Source of the DNA: a virus
Taxonomy: Duplodnaviria; Caudoviricetes
DNA: 26,325 nt
Strand: one strand, 5' to 3'
Virus record (IMG/VR): IMGVR_UViG_3300030331_003157
Span: 1 to 26,325 of that record
Program-made: the position numbers and the translations under genes
Shown here: one piece after another, positions 25,274-26,325 of the stretch
Layout of the letters: every line of letters begins with the position of its first letter
How positions within the stretch are numbered: position 1 is the first letter of the stretch
The notes under the pieces: model-generated
Database searches by the model: none
Seen by the model: only the letters and a program-made list of their open reading frames with translations
What the model was told of the DNA's origin: nothing

Positions 25274-25624
25274 ATGAGTAAAGAAGAACAAAGATTGCAA
25301 ACATCAATTGTTAAATATATTAAATTGGCTTATCCAAATACTTTATTCACTGCGACAATGGGAGGAGTTAAATTAAATAGTTGGAGTCAACGCAATGCGT
25401 TAAAGTCAACAGGATATTTGAAAGGAGTAGCTGATTTATTAATCTTTGAAAGTAAAGGAATGTATAAAGGACTATTCATTGAATTAAAAACATTAAAAGG
25501 TAAAATGACTAAAGAGCAAAAACAATTTCAAACTAATGCCATTGCAAGAGGTTATCTTTGTGTATGTTGTAAAGGTTTTGATGACACTAAAAAAATAATA
25601 GACGACTATTTAAATGAGATATAA
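25274..25624 (+). CDS. VRR-NUC (PD-D/ExK) nuclease / resolvase
   Basis: EQRLQ, GVADL, FIELK, EQKQF motifs. Confidence 0.9.
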   Translation: MSKEEQRLQTSIVKYIKLAYPNTLFTATMGGVKLNSWSQRNALKSTGYLKGVADLLIFESKGMYKGLFIELKTLKGKMTKEQKQFQTNAIARGYLCVCCKGFDDTKKIIDDYLNEI

Positions 25625-25895
25625 AGATTATAAATATACTAAGTTAAATGATTATAATAGTGACGTTATAAACGAAGCTATAAACAATACTTATAAAATA
25701 TTATTTGAGGACTGGACGATTGACGAATTGTTGGACATAGGAGCTCAACACTTTTTAATTAATCCTGATATAGTTGAAATACCTATCGACATAATTGAAA
25801 CAATGTTGTTATATTATGAGGGGGAGGAGGCTTACGAGAAATGTTCTAAGATTAAGACAGTCCTTGATAAATTTAAAACTAAAGCAAATGATTAA
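25614..25895 (+). CDS. Hypothetical acidic protein with a C-terminal UVR-like motif
   Basis: YEGEEAYEKCSKIK. Confidence 0.68.
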   Translation: MRYKDYKYTKLNDYNSDVINEAINNTYKILFEDWTIDELLDIGAQHFLINPDIVEIPIDIIETMLLYYEGEEAYEKCSKIKTVLDKFKTKAND

Positions 25896-25942
25896 ATTCT
25901 ATCAAACAATATCAATAACAAATTTAAAAATAAAATATATAT

Positions 25943-26299
25943 ATGACTCCAATAAAACCTAAAGGAAAAAATAAAACATGGATAGCTAAAACTAAACAGG
26001 ACTCTAAGAGTTTTAAAGATAGAGGCAATGACAATCCTTTTTATAATACTACTAAATGGAGAACCCTTAGGAAATACTATATTACTAAGCAACCATTGTG
26101 CGAAGTATGTCAGCGTTTTGGAAAAATAATTGAGGGCAAAGTAGTTGACCACATTAAAAGAGTTAAGACTAATCCTGAGTTAGCATTAATAGAGTCTAAC
26201 CTTCAAACATTATGTAATCGATGTCATAACATAAAGTCAGGGTCTGAGGGGCATAGAAAAAAAAAATACTATAATAATAACATAGGGAGGGTGTCTTAA
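25943..26299 (+). CDS. HNH endonuclease (HK97 gp74-like terminase cofactor)
   Basis: FYNTTKWRTLR, PLCEVC, VDHI, NLQTLCNRCHNIKS; would precede terS on a circular map. Confidence 0.93.
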   Translation: MTPIKPKGKNKTWIAKTKQDSKSFKDRGNDNPFYNTTKWRTLRKYYITKQPLCEVCQRFGKIIEGKVVDHIKRVKTNPELALIESNLQTLCNRCHNIKSGSEGHRKKKYYNNNIGRVS

Positions 26300-26325
26300 A
26301 TCATGAAATCCTATTAGATAAACAA

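Noticed and set aside
141-26152. All minus-strand ORFs in the track (e.g. 141-398, 4247-5010, 6293-7057, 10659-11006, 13416-13712, 21838-22210, 25892-26152)
   Set aside because: They are shadows of + strand genes or AT-rich gaps, with no motifs; the genome codes on one strand.
25943-26299. Mobile homing endonuclease
   Set aside because: Size, motifs and position match the gp74-like packaging HNH.
1-26325. Stop-codon recoding, diversity-generating retroelement, introns/inteins, tRNAs, att site
   Set aside because: Core genes are full length in the standard code with TAA, TGA and TAG all used as stops. No reverse transcriptase, intein motif, cloverleaf or integrase was recognised.
26280-26325. 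Exact cos sequence
   Set aside because: Position is suggestive, but the cut site cannot be defined and probably lies at or beyond the window edge.

Overview
AT-rich (roughly 30% GC by eye) tailed dsDNA phage. The window looks like a nearly complete, very compact (~26.5 kb) HK97-type cos siphovirus genome: it opens inside the small terminase and ends just after the packaging HNH nuclease, and all credible genes are on the + strand. Order: TerS, TerL, [promoter, 3 small ORFs, terminator], portal, multidomain prohead protease, capsid, neck, tail tube, G/GT chaperones (-1 frameshift), tape measure, displaced head-closure gene, tail tip, envelope module (beta-barrel, TM/coiled-coil, CxxC-less thioredoxin fold), DUF5675-like endolysin, holins, metallophosphoesterase, terminator, then an early/replication operon (DnaA-domain-IV protein, initiator, DUF3127 SSB, VRR-NUC, HNH). 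A Bacteroidota (probably Flavobacteriia) host is inferred from a TTG-N19-TAnnTTTG promoter, A-rich leaders without Shine-Dalgarno sequences, signal peptides followed by Gln, and DUF3127. No integrase, repressor, polymerase, primase, helicase, tRNA or CRISPR was seen. Best leads: (1) a 5-domain protease polyprotein with Arg-ending linkers that includes a P-loop kinase, (2) two terminator-capped U/G-rich elements antisense to the ACAAAACAAA leaders of early genes, (3) a trans-envelope module in the lysis region. All family calls are motif recognition from memory; no searches were run.
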